A DNA stretch of 64,000 nt from an uncultured Acidobacteriota bacterium (GTDB lineage: Bacteria > Acidobacteriota > Thermoanaerobaculia > Gp7-AA8). Shown here piece after piece: positions 30,854-40,123 of the stretch. The stretch is taken from assembly GCA_963741955.1 (NCBI GenBank), contig CAVUKB010000007.1, forward strand, positions 896,001 to 960,000. The letters run 5' to 3'. Numbering within the stretch: the first letter of the stretch is position 1; each line of letters starts with the position of its first letter. The position numbers and the translations under genes are program-made. The notes under the pieces are model-generated. The model was not told the origin of the DNA, made no database searches, and saw only the letters and a program-made list of their open reading frames with translations.

Positions 30854-31255
30854 TCAGCGCGACGACCGCTCCGGAGGCCGGCGACCGTTCATGCAGTCGG
30901 TCACGATGCGGACGAGCTCGTCCCGGCCCACGGGCTTCTGGAGCAATCCGAAGATGTCGCCCTTCTCGACTCCGCGCACCGTCGATTCCGATGCGCCAGT
31001 GAGGACGATGATCCGGGAGAGGAGGGCGGCATGAAGCGCCTTGATCTCGCGCAGCACCTCGAAGCCATTCATGCCGGGCATCAGGAGATCGAGGAGGATC
31101 GTCGCATACGGTTCGGTGCGGATCTTACGGAGGACTTCATCGCCCGACGCGGCGAAGTCTGCGTCGATCCCCTGTCTGGCCAGCTCGATCCCGATCCATG
31201 TGCGGATCGAATCGTCGTCGTCTGCGACCAGCACCCTCCCGCCGGGACCGCTCAT
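30854..31255 (-). CDS. single-domain response regulator
   Basis: VADDD, LDLLMPGMNG, KP. Confidence 0.85.
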   Translation of the reverse strand: MSGPGGRVLVADDDDSIRTWIGIELARQGIDADFAASGDEVLRKIRTEPYATILLDLLMPGMNGFEVLREIKALHAALLSRIIVLTGASESTVRGVEKGDIFGLLQKPVGRDELVRIVTDCMNGRRPPERSSR

Positions 31256-31349
31256 CGACACCTCCCCGAAGAAACGTTTTCAACGGTGATGCCGACTTCG
31301 GCCGGAGAGTGTCCCGCAGCGCCAATGTGGGGACCCGGGCGGCCTGCGA

Positions 31350-32228
31350 TCAGTCGGTCCGGAGCGCTTCGATCTTCTGTCGCGTCTGTTCCGCGGGAGT
31401 CTTCGCCCCTTTCGTCGCCTGCCGTTCCCAGCTGCCGTACATCGGGTTCGGCAGCACGATCCAGCGCTCTCCCCAGTAGCCGGGATGTCGCGCGGCAACA
31501 TCGCTCTCGTTCGCGGTTCCGGCGGATGAAACGAAATCGCCGATCGAGTCGCCGCAGAGAAGCAGGATCCGGAACTCTCCTGCGATCGCCGCCCGCCGTT
31601 CGCCCTTGTCGCTCGTCGGAGTCCGGCTCAGCTCACCACGGGTGATGACGTTGTCGACGCCTGTGGAAAGAGGAAATCCGGCGGCGAGGAGATTCTGCCG
31701 GGTCGGCCCCTCTTCACTCCGGTTTCGATTGGTCACGAAAAAGACCATCACGCCGCGGCTTGCCGCATAGCGGGTGAATTCCACTGCCCCCGGAAGAGGT
31801 TTCGCTTTCGCCTCCTCCACCCACGCCGTCCACGTGGCGGGATCGAACGCTTTCCCCTCGCGGACCAGGCGCGCTTCGTACGGTGAATTGTCGAGAACCG
31901 TTTCGTCGATGTCGAGGATCACCGCCGGCGGAAGATCCTGGTAGTCGCCGGTCTGTTCGAGCGCAGCAGTCCACGCCGGATCGGCCAGAGCGCGATCGAG
32001 CTCCGTCGTCGCCGCGGCATACGCCTGAACGTAGGAAGCGGCAGCTTCCGGCGCGGTCTGGTACCAGAGCACGCTGTTGAGCAGCGCCGCTGATGGATTC
32101 GCCGGCGCCGCTGCCACCGGAACGGCAGCGGGAGTCGTGACCACGCCGGTGGTGCATCCGCACAGGACGGCGAGGGTGATGGCGACGATCATTGCGGGGC
32201 GGGTGAGGACACCTGGTCTGGCAGTCAT
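31350..32228 (-). CDS. 5'-nucleotidase/acid phosphatase lipoprotein, e(P4) family (HAD)
   Basis: Lipobox LCGC; DIDETVLDNSPY, GDSIGDF, LPNPMYGSW. Confidence 0.9.
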   Translation of the reverse strand: MTARPGVLTRPAMIVAITLAVLCGCTTGVVTTPAAVPVAAAPANPSAALLNSVLWYQTAPEAAASYVQAYAAATTELDRALADPAWTAALEQTGDYQDLPPAVILDIDETVLDNSPYEARLVREGKAFDPATWTAWVEEAKAKPLPGAVEFTRYAASRGVMVFFVTNRNRSEEGPTRQNLLAAGFPLSTGVDNVITRGELSRTPTSDKGERRAAIAGEFRILLLCGDSIGDFVSSAGTANESDVAARHPGYWGERWIVLPNPMYGSWERQATKGAKTPAEQTRQKIEALRTD

Positions 32229-32428
32229 CGGCTCTCCTTCGGGATTCTCGACAGCGGGCAATTGATGCTCCGCGAATCCTACACAGTTTTCTTCCGAAAG
32301 GGCGACAACTCCCGGCCGCCGCCCGGCCATTTCGAAATAGAATCGCCTCCGGCCCGGCTCTCTCACCCCGCCTCCGCAGCAGAGACGGTGTGAGAAGTCC
32401 GGGAGAGCGTCGAAGGAGACCTCATCGA

Positions 32429-35056
32429 ATGTGTGGTGTGATCGGACTCACGACCGGGAAGTATCGAAAAGACCTCGGCATCCTTGCCGCGGAGCTCCTC
32501 AAGACTCTCGAGTACCGCGGCTACGACTCGACCGGCGCAGCGGTGCAGGGTGAGGGTGAAGAGATCGTGCTTCGCAAAGGCGTCGGCGCTCCCTCGGTGA
32601 TGGTCGACAAGCTCGGGATCGTCGCGCTCGGTGGATCGATCATGTGCGGACAGGTTCGCTGGGCGACGTTCGGTTCGGTCGACGAAGTGAACGCACAGCC
32701 GCACGAGGTCCGTTGCAGAACCCACCTGTACGGCGCGCACAACGGCAACGTCACCAACTGCGATGACCTCAAGGCGTGGCTCCTCTCCGAAGGGCATCGG
32801 GTCCTCTCCGACAACGATGGCGAGATGGTGGTCCATGCCGTCGAGCATTATTTCGCTCGTGAGCTCGAGAGGCGCGGCGTCACGACTGACGGCGTCGCGA
32901 GGCGCGAAGCAATGCGCGCTGCGATCGTCGCGGCGAGCGCGAAGCTGAAGGGCTCGTACGCGGCGGTGATCGTCGACCCCGTCTCCCGCGTCCTCTGGGC
33001 CATCAAGGAGGGGTCAAGTCTTTACTTCGGATTCGGACACGACGAAAAGGACGGTGACTTCGCGATCGCCTCGTCGGATCTTTCGTCCGTGCTCAAGCTC
33101 ACGCGCGTGCTCGTTCCCCTCGCTGAGGGAGAGCTCATCGAGTACACCCCCGACTCGTGGCGGGTTCACACGATTCGTGCACGGGGCACTCTCGCCGCCG
33201 GAGCGGCGGTCGAGCGCCAGCCGTCGCGAAGCCGGTTGCAGGCGAAGGACGCCGCTCTTCTTCCTCAGTACGAATCGTTCATGGAACAGGAGATCGCCGC
33301 GCAGGAAGAGACCTGCCGCCGGATCGAGTCGCTCTTCAGCGGAGGATCGGAAGCGTCGCACGCGCTGACTCCCTACCTGCACGCGATCGGCGCTGACGAC
33401 CGCGCCGCGATCCAGAGGACGCTGCAGGAGCTCCGCGATGAATACGACGACAACCGGATCCGGGAGCGCTTCCATGCGCTGATGACGCTCCCGTCGTGGA
33501 AGCGCCTGGTGTCGGGCATTCCTGCCGCGGTCCGGGAAGCGGGGATCGACGCGACCATACCCGAGCTGAGCGAGCGCCTGGTGAGTCTCGAGTCGGGACT
33601 CCTCGCGGATCTGATGGCGATGGCGCGCGACCGCGACGAGCTATTCTCGGTTCGTCTCCTCGATGTGATGATCGAGCGGGAGGAGATGACGGAGTTCGAT
33701 TCGGCGGTGGAGTCGTTTCTGGATGCCTGCGAAGGGAGTCTTCATCGTGGCGGGAGAATCTTCGTCGTCTGCTGCGGCAGCTCGTACCATGCCGCGCTCG
33801 CGGGATCTGTGTTCTTCAACGAGCTCGCGCGCGCGGAGCTGATCCCGGTACTTCCAGGCGAGTTTCGCGGCCGTTTCGCGAGCTCTCTCCGGCGCGACGA
33901 CCTGGTCGTGGCGGTGAGCCAGAGCGGAGAGACGAAGGATCTGGTCGACGTGATGAATCTGGTCATCCGGAGCGGACTTCCCATCCGCCGCGTCGCGATC
34001 GTGAACAACGTCTCATCCACGCTCGGACAGGAGAAGTGCGACACTGTCCTTCCGCTTCGCTGCGGTCCCGAGATCGCCGTCCCCGCGACGAAGAGCTTCA
34101 TGAATCAGATGGCGATGTTCTATTCGCTGGCGATCGCTCTCGGACGTCGGCGCGTCGACAAGCTCGACCTCGCCTCTGCGGCACGAGAGGCTCTGCGCCA
34201 CGAGCTCGAGTCGCGATCGGAGCGGATCGGAGAGCTCTCGAACCTGGTTCGGGAGACGCTCGCCTGCACCGAACAGGACGTGGAAGCCGCAGCCAAGCTC
34301 CTCTTCCTCTCTCCGAGTATGCACATCCTCGCTACACGTCTCCTCGCGCTTGCGAAAGAAGGGGCGCTGAAGATCCGGGAGGTGGTGCTGAATCACACCG
34401 AGGGGTTCGAGGCCTCCGAGTTCAAGCACGGACCGAACACGATTCTCGGCGTGAACACGATCTTCGGGCTGGAGGGCGTGATCCGTCTGACCCGCGCCAT
34501 CGGGCGACGGACCGACGAAGCGCTGCGGCTCGCCGCCGCCGAAGGCCTGCCGTTGCAGTCGGGACGGAAGATCGTCGCTTCACTTTCGGATGCGGTGCTC
34601 GCTCCCGCGACCCCGTTCTCTCTCGATCCACGCGAGCGGGTGATCTTCGATCGGGTGAACGCCGGAAGCGACGGAATCTCCGAGCTCTATCAGGATTATC
34701 CTCTGATCTTCGTCACCGGCCCTGACGAGACGGATGTGAACCTCACGGTGTCGCAGGTGAACACGCACAAGATCCGCGGTGCGGCGTGCGTCATGATCGC
34801 CGAGGAGAATGCGGCGTTGCGGCAGGCGGTGACGAAGCCGCCGGCGGACAACCCCCGCTATCAGTCGGTCTGCATCACCCTTCCGCGGACTGGCGACAAC
34901 CTGATGGTGCTCTTCTCGGCGACGGTGGTGCTGCAGCGGCTCGCGTTGCGGATGTCGCTCCTCAAGCAGTCGTATCTCGAGAAGATCGGCTTCCGTGACC
35001 ACGGCGTGCACCCCGACGTGCCGAAGAATGTGAGCAAGTCGATCACGGTGGACTAG
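32429..35056 (+). CDS. glmS: glutamine--fructose-6-phosphate transaminase-like protein, enlarged (875 aa)
   Basis: MCG start, LEYRGYDS, HNG, SQSGET, EGALK, HGP, C-terminal PKNVSKSITVD. Confidence 0.85.
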   Translation: MCGVIGLTTGKYRKDLGILAAELLKTLEYRGYDSTGAAVQGEGEEIVLRKGVGAPSVMVDKLGIVALGGSIMCGQVRWATFGSVDEVNAQPHEVRCRTHLYGAHNGNVTNCDDLKAWLLSEGHRVLSDNDGEMVVHAVEHYFARELERRGVTTDGVARREAMRAAIVAASAKLKGSYAAVIVDPVSRVLWAIKEGSSLYFGFGHDEKDGDFAIASSDLSSVLKLTRVLVPLAEGELIEYTPDSWRVHTIRARGTLAAGAAVERQPSRSRLQAKDAALLPQYESFMEQEIAAQEETCRRIESLFSGGSEASHALTPYLHAIGADDRAAIQRTLQELRDEYDDNRIRERFHALMTLPSWKRLVSGIPAAVREAGIDATIPELSERLVSLESGLLADLMAMARDRDELFSVRLLDVMIEREEMTEFDSAVESFLDACEGSLHRGGRIFVVCCGSSYHAALAGSVFFNELARAELIPVLPGEFRGRFASSLRRDDLVVAVSQSGETKDLVDVMNLVIRSGLPIRRVAIVNNVSSTLGQEKCDTVLPLRCGPEIAVPATKSFMNQMAMFYSLAIALGRRRVDKLDLASAAREALRHELESRSERIGELSNLVRETLACTEQDVEAAAKLLFLSPSMHILATRLLALAKEGALKIREVVLNHTEGFEASEFKHGPNTILGVNTIFGLEGVIRLTRAIGRRTDEALRLAAAEGLPLQSGRKIVASLSDAVLAPATPFSLDPRERVIFDRVNAGSDGISELYQDYPLIFVTGPDETDVNLTVSQVNTHKIRGAACVMIAEENAALRQAVTKPPADNPRYQSVCITLPRTGDNLMVLFSATVVLQRLALRMSLLKQSYLEKIGFRDHGVHPDVPKNVSKSITVD

Positions 35057-35096
35057 CCCTGGACTAGCCCGCATTTCTCACGCTGTGTTTGCCATG

Positions 35097-35280
35097 GGGG
35101 TGCGGATCATCCGATCCGCCTCGACGATCGTGTTGAGCTCGATGAAGGCAGCGGCTGCGGCTGGACGCGGAGCGTTCGTGGCGTATTGGGAGACCGGCTT
35201 CGCTTCTGCCGAAGACGAGGTTGATGTTGCGGTCGCGTGCGTGCCGTGATCCGTGCGGCGGATCAGAGGATCCGCACCCC
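35097..35280. repeat. 184-bp REPIN/MITE-like element, copy 1
   Basis: Terminal inverted repeats GGGGTGCGGATC..GATCCG; related inverted copy of equal length at 37721-37904. Confidence 0.6.
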
Positions 35281-35300
35281 TCGGGGTGTATTCCACATCT

Positions 35301-36293
35301 CTACGTCTCCCACCGCCGGAAGAAGAGCGCCTCCTTCTTCACCGGCTCGGCCTTCGCGGTGAGGGCCGCCAGCTGCGGCTGCGATAGAGGAGTGAACCCT
35401 TTCGCGATCCGGACGTTCTCCTCCAGCTGGGCGATGCTGTCGCATCCGATGATCACCGTCGACACCGGGAGGGAGAGGGTGTAGCGCATCGCTTCCGGCA
35501 TGGAGAGCGCGCCGAGAATCCGGCCGCGGGCAGGGATCTTCATCCCGATGATCCCCATCTCCTTTTCTACCGCGAGAGGGAGGAGCTCTTCCTGGAAGCT
35601 GAGGTGATGAGGGTCGGCGGCATTCACCGCCATCAGCACCGTGTCGAACGGGAAGCGCCGGATTGCGGAGAGGAGGACGCCGGGATCCGCGTGGCCGGTC
35701 ACTCCGATGAAGCGGACGATCTTCTGCTCCCGCGCTTCGATCAGTGCCTTCACCGCCCCGTCGGGCGCGAAGATCCGATCGATCTCCTCGGGGCGGGAGA
35801 GATTGTGGATCTGCCAGAGATCGATGTGGTCGGTCTGGAGGAGCTGGAGCGACTTCTCGAGAAGCCGCAGTGAACCCTCGCGCGTGCGGTCGTGGGTCTT
35901 CGTGGCGAGGAAGGCCTCGTTGCGGCGGTGCTTCATCACCCGCCCGACGTACTGTTCGCTCCATCGCTTCTCGCCGCCGTAGCGGGCGGAGGTGTCGACG
36001 TAGTTCACACCGAGGTCGAGCGCGCGCTCGACGATGGGGACGGCCACGTCGAAATTGTCGGGCTTCTCGACCGAGGCCTGGCCGCCGAGTGAGAAGATGC
36101 CGACACGGTAGCCGGTGCGCCCGAGATTGCGGGTCGGCATCGCGCCGGAAGTGATGTGGTTGTCGGGGAGTGGCGGCAGGGCCTTCGGTTCACCCGCCAC
36201 CAGATCGCGGGCGAGGAAGCCGACGGTGGCGGCTGCGCCGAGCTTGAGGACGTCACGCCGTTCAATCCGGAACTTCTCGTCGGAGTCGTTCAT
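35301..36293 (-). CDS. aldo/keto reductase with Tat-like signal
   Basis: ERRDVLKLG; RNLGRTG, GVNYVDTS, LATK, DLWQIH, IGVTGH. Confidence 0.9.
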   Translation of the reverse strand: MNDSDEKFRIERRDVLKLGAAATVGFLARDLVAGEPKALPPLPDNHITSGAMPTRNLGRTGYRVGIFSLGGQASVEKPDNFDVAVPIVERALDLGVNYVDTSARYGGEKRWSEQYVGRVMKHRRNEAFLATKTHDRTREGSLRLLEKSLQLLQTDHIDLWQIHNLSRPEEIDRIFAPDGAVKALIEAREQKIVRFIGVTGHADPGVLLSAIRRFPFDTVLMAVNAADPHHLSFQEELLPLAVEKEMGIIGMKIPARGRILGALSMPEAMRYTLSLPVSTVIIGCDSIAQLEENVRIAKGFTPLSQPQLAALTAKAEPVKKEALFFRRWET

Positions 36294-36505
36294 CAGGTCG
36301 CTCCTTCCATGAGCAAGGTAGGGCCGGAGAGGAAGGAGGCGCAAGGGTGAGCGTGAAGAGCGAACGTCCCGTCGCACTCCGGAGGCGTGCGAATCGAACC
36401 GCGATTGACGATCGGCCACGATCCGAACGCCGACCGCGGCGTGCGGCGCCTCCGGGCTGCGTGTACAATTTCTCGACCGAATCGCCGTTCGCTCTGGAGG
36501 TACGA

Positions 36506-37381
36506 ATGAAGCGCATCGCCACATTCATCGCCATCGCTGTTCTCGCTCCGACTCTCGCTCTCGCGCAGACCGACTGGTCGAAAGTCGAGGTGAAGGCGAC
36601 GAAGCTCGCCGGAAACGTGTGGATGCTCCGGGGCGCGGGGGGAAACATCGGCGTCTCCGCCGGGCCGGACGGCGTGCTGATCGTCGACGACCAGTTCGCG
36701 CCGCTCGCGGAGAAGATCCATGCGGCGCTGAAGGAGATCAATCCCGGCAAGCTGAAGTTCGTCCTGAACACGCACTTCCACGGTGACCACACCGGAGGGA
36801 ACGTGGTCTTCGGCCTGGAAGCGCCGGTCATCGCGCAGACGAACGTCCGAAAGCGTCTCGAGGTGCCGGAGGACGTGCACGGAATGCACTTCGACGCGCT
36901 TCCGGAGAACGCGCTTCCGGTGGTCACGTTCGACCGCTCACTCTCGATCCACTTCAACGGAGAAGAGATCGAGGTGATTCATTACCCGCACGGCCACACC
37001 GACGGCGACAGCGTGATCTTCTTCACCGGATCGAACGTGATCCACATGGGGGACGACTTCTGGAACGGGATGTTCCCGTTCGTCGATCTCGAGAACGGCG
37101 GGAACGTCGACGGGATGATCCATGCAGTGGACTCCGCGCTGGAGAAGGCCTCGCCGGGAGCGAAGATCATCCCCGGTCACGGGCCGCTCGGAAGCATCGC
37201 CGATCTCGAGGCATTCCGCAGCATGCTCGTGGAGACGACTCGCATTGTCCGTGGAGAGATGGCCGAGGGGAAGACTCTCGACGAGATGAAGAAGGCCGGG
37301 CTCCCGGAACAATTTCAGAAGTGGAGTACGAAGTTCATCGACACCTCTGCCTGGATCGAAACAATCTATAAAAGAAAGTGA
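36506..37381 (+). CDS. MBL-fold metallo-hydrolase (cyclase-like), exported
   Basis: Signal peptide, THFHGDH, GHTDGD, HMGD, IPGHG. Confidence 0.92.
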   Translation: MKRIATFIAIAVLAPTLALAQTDWSKVEVKATKLAGNVWMLRGAGGNIGVSAGPDGVLIVDDQFAPLAEKIHAALKEINPGKLKFVLNTHFHGDHTGGNVVFGLEAPVIAQTNVRKRLEVPEDVHGMHFDALPENALPVVTFDRSLSIHFNGEEIEVIHYPHGHTDGDSVIFFTGSNVIHMGDDFWNGMFPFVDLENGGNVDGMIHAVDSALEKASPGAKIIPGHGPLGSIADLEAFRSMLVETTRIVRGEMAEGKTLDEMKKAGLPEQFQKWSTKFIDTSAWIETIYKRK

Positions 37382-37489
37382 CATCTATTATCTATTATCT
37401 ATTATCTAAGATCTATTATCATCGTATATTACATTCATTAAATAGATATCAGATAATAGATAATAGATGATCGATGATCGATGTCACTT
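37376..37489. repeat. AT-rich inverted heptamer (ATCTATT) array
   Basis: AAGTGACATC(TATTATC)n ... (GATAATA)n..GATGTCACTT. Confidence 0.75.
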
Positions 37490-37720
37490 GCTTCTTCGTC
37501 TGCACTCCGGATCTCTGCACGATCCGCGAGCGCGTCGCCGCAGAATGAGGTGAATCGCGGGGACGCGCAGGAAGCGCAGCGCGTCCAACCGGTCGCTCAT
37601 CCCGAGGTTCATCGCCGCGGCGAGAAGGACCGTCCTCACTCCGGATCGCGTCTTCGGAAGCATCAGAATCGTCAACCTCGCGGTTCGGCCGACGATTCCG
37701 CAGGCAGCTTCCCCGTGAGG

Positions 37721-37904
37721 GGGGTGCAGATCCTCCGATCTGCCGCGCGAATCGCGTTCGAGCGCAATGAGAGGGCGCCGTCGGCAGAGGCGAAGCCGCG
37801 CTCGCGTGGATCGCGAGTCCCACCGACGCTCCGCGGAGCGCCACAGTCTCCGTCTTCGTCGGTTTCGACCCGATGATCGCGCCGGATCAGAGGATCCGCA
37901 CCCC
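37721..37904. repeat. 184-bp REPIN/MITE-like element, copy 2
   Basis: Same terminal repeats as 35097-35280; internal blocks match in reverse orientation. Confidence 0.6.
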
Positions 37905-38112
37905 TCGGAGATCAGGGCTGATCCCCTCTCCTGGAAAATCGGCGTCACTGAGAGTGTGAAGACCGCAAGTCCTCCCGTCGGATTCCCCTACACCCTCGTC
38001 GGGAATGGCCACATAGCCTTTGCCGCCCCCGCTCTCTAATAAGTAAACAGAAATTCACATAAACGACTGCAGCGGCTGGGTATACGCATCGCCACCTTGT
38101 ACCCGTCGAAAG

Positions 38113-38127
38113 CGGCACGACTCTTGA
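38113..38127 (+). promoter_or_regulatory. possible sigma-54 promoter of the Qrc-like operon
   Basis: CGGCACG-actc-TTGA (imperfect -12), AT-rich tract upstream at about 38036-38065. Confidence 0.45.
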
Positions 38128-38215
38128 CCTTTCCGTCAGTGAACGCGAGCTCCCGGACCGCCCGGGAGCGAGGCGCGAGGCCGGATCGCCCGGCCGGAAA
38201 TTCAGGAGGTGTAAC

Positions 38216-38458
38216 GTGTTCGGTATCGACCTGATGGACCCTGAAACGATGTGGCTGAACATCACCAACGTCGTCCTCGGTGTCGTGACCTTCCTTTGTG
38301 TCGGTGCGGTCCTCTGGGGGATCGGAGCCGAGGTCCTCGCGCGACTCGCCCACCGGGCGGCAGTGTCCCGCCCCCTCGACGACCACGCGTTCGCAGTCCC
38401 CGGACTCGGTCTGACCATGGCCGACGGCGGAAAGAAAGAACACCAGCCGAAGAAGTAA
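38216..38458 (+). CDS. small membrane protein
   Basis: RBS AGGAGG, one TM helix, C-terminal PGLGLTMADGG motif. Confidence 0.75.
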   Translation: MFGIDLMDPETMWLNITNVVLGVVTFLCVGAVLWGIGAEVLARLAHRAAVSRPLDDHAFAVPGLGLTMADGGKKEHQPKK

Positions 38459-38500
38459 CACCATTTCTCACCGGACGCCGTTCGGCGACTGGAGGGGACC

Positions 38501-39526
38501 ATGCAATGCCCGTTTCTGAGGGAATCCCGAGGCAGGTACTGCGACGCGTCGAAGTACCGCAAGCTCATTCTCGACGCAGGGAGCGACGTCACCTCCGAGC
38601 GCTGCTCTTCGCCGGAGTGGGTCCTCTGTTCCGCCGCCCGATCGCAGCCTGGCGCATCCCGCATGCAGTGCCCGTTTCTGAGGGAGCGGAACGTGGAGTA
38701 CTGCGCAGCGGCGGCGGTCCCCAAATACGTACCGGCGAGCAATGCACTCATGTCGCGATGTAAGTCGGACGGTCATCTTTACTGCGAGCTCTATCTCTCC
38801 TTTGCGGATCCCGAGGGGCGGCGGCAGCCGGATCGTGGCGCGCCGCTCCCGGATGACGGAGGCCGGGTTCCCGTGCCGGCCTCTCCCTCCGACTCGCGCG
38901 ATCCGAAATGTGCGCCGCATCCCGGATCCCTCGGACCACCACTGGTCGACGGGATGCCGGTTCCGACGAACCTCGCCTACGCGCCGAACCACATGTGGCT
39001 CTGCATCGCCGAGGACGGCCAGTGCCACGTCGGAATCGACGCGCTTCTGGCGCGCGTGGTCGACTCGGTCGAGAAGATCGACTATCTCCTCACCCGAACC
39101 ACCGGCCGTCCCGTGGCGATACTGACGGTCCGGGGAGTCGACCTGCAGCTGGTCTTCCCGAACCCTCTCGCTTCGGTTTCCGCGAACCTTCACCTCCGTA
39201 CCGTTCCGGAGAGGCTGACCGCCGACCCTTACGGTGCGGGGTGGCTGTTCGAAGGAGAGCAGCCGCAGACGCCGTCTCCACATTCGTTCTCCGGTGAGGG
39301 ATTGATTCCCGGCGCTCTCGCCCCCGAGTGGATCCGCGACGAGTCGGAGCGCCTCTCACACTACGCGCACGACCTCGTCGCGACGCGCGACGAAAGCGGA
39401 GCGACGCTTCTCGCCGACGGCGGGAGAATCGTCGGTCCGCTCGCTCCCGTGCTCGACCGCGAACAGCTCGTGGCGCTCTTCACTGAATTCTTTTCATCCC
39501 CGACGGGATGGCGGAGGACGTGGTGA
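38501..39526 (+). CDS. GcvH-like protein with two N-terminal Cys-rich repeats
   Basis: MQCPFLRE..YC repeated twice; Y.PNHMW, HVGID, DPYGAGW GcvH-type motifs; no ESVK lipoyl-lysine. Confidence 0.8.
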   Translation: MQCPFLRESRGRYCDASKYRKLILDAGSDVTSERCSSPEWVLCSAARSQPGASRMQCPFLRERNVEYCAAAAVPKYVPASNALMSRCKSDGHLYCELYLSFADPEGRRQPDRGAPLPDDGGRVPVPASPSDSRDPKCAPHPGSLGPPLVDGMPVPTNLAYAPNHMWLCIAEDGQCHVGIDALLARVVDSVEKIDYLLTRTTGRPVAILTVRGVDLQLVFPNPLASVSANLHLRTVPERLTADPYGAGWLFEGEQPQTPSPHSFSGEGLIPGALAPEWIRDESERLSHYAHDLVATRDESGATLLADGGRIVGPLAPVLDREQLVALFTEFFSSPTGWRRTW

Positions 39527-40110
39527 CCATTCGATCTCTGATCACGTTCGGGTCCGGCCTGCTGGCTGCGCTCGCATTCGGCTGGATCGCATTTCCGCAA
39601 CTTCTTTACCGAACTGCGGAGCAGCCGGTTCAGTTCAATCACGCGATCCACACCGGCGAGACCGGTGGCCTCGCGTGCGAGGATTGCCACTCGCTCGGAG
39701 AGGACGGCAACTTCTCCGGCCTTCCAACGCTCGAACAGTGTGCCGGCTGCCATTCCTCGGCTCTCGGTGAGACCGCGGAGGAGAAACGCTTCATCGAGAA
39801 GTACGTCACACCGGGACGCGAAGTGCCGTGGCTCGTCTACTCGAGGCAACCCGAAAACGTCTACTTTTCCCATGCAGCGCATCTGAAGCTCGCGAAGCTC
39901 GAGTGCCGGCAATGCCACGGCGCGCAAGGCACGAGCACGCGGCTGCGGCCTTTCGCGGTCGACCGGATCAGTACCTACAGCCGCGACATCGACGGTCCGG
40001 GCATCCTCCTCGCCCGTGACGTCGCGGCTCCCGGGATGAAGATGCACGACTGCGCACGCTGCCATCGCGAACGGGGAGTTCGCGAGGGCTGCCTCACCTG
40101 TCACAAGTGA
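39523..40110 (+). CDS. qrcA: membrane-anchored pentaheme cytochrome c (QrcA-like)
   Basis: Five CxxCH motifs, QPVQFNH, WLVYSRQPENVYFSH; alternative start 39508. Confidence 0.8.
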   Translation: MTIRSLITFGSGLLAALAFGWIAFPQLLYRTAEQPVQFNHAIHTGETGGLACEDCHSLGEDGNFSGLPTLEQCAGCHSSALGETAEEKRFIEKYVTPGREVPWLVYSRQPENVYFSHAAHLKLAKLECRQCHGAQGTSTRLRPFAVDRISTYSRDIDGPGILLARDVAAPGMKMHDCARCHRERGVREGCLTCHK

Positions 40111-40123
40111 ATGGGGTGAATCC

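Noticed and set aside
32229-32428. glmS ribozyme
   Set aside because: No recognisable conserved core in this short divergent intergenic region.
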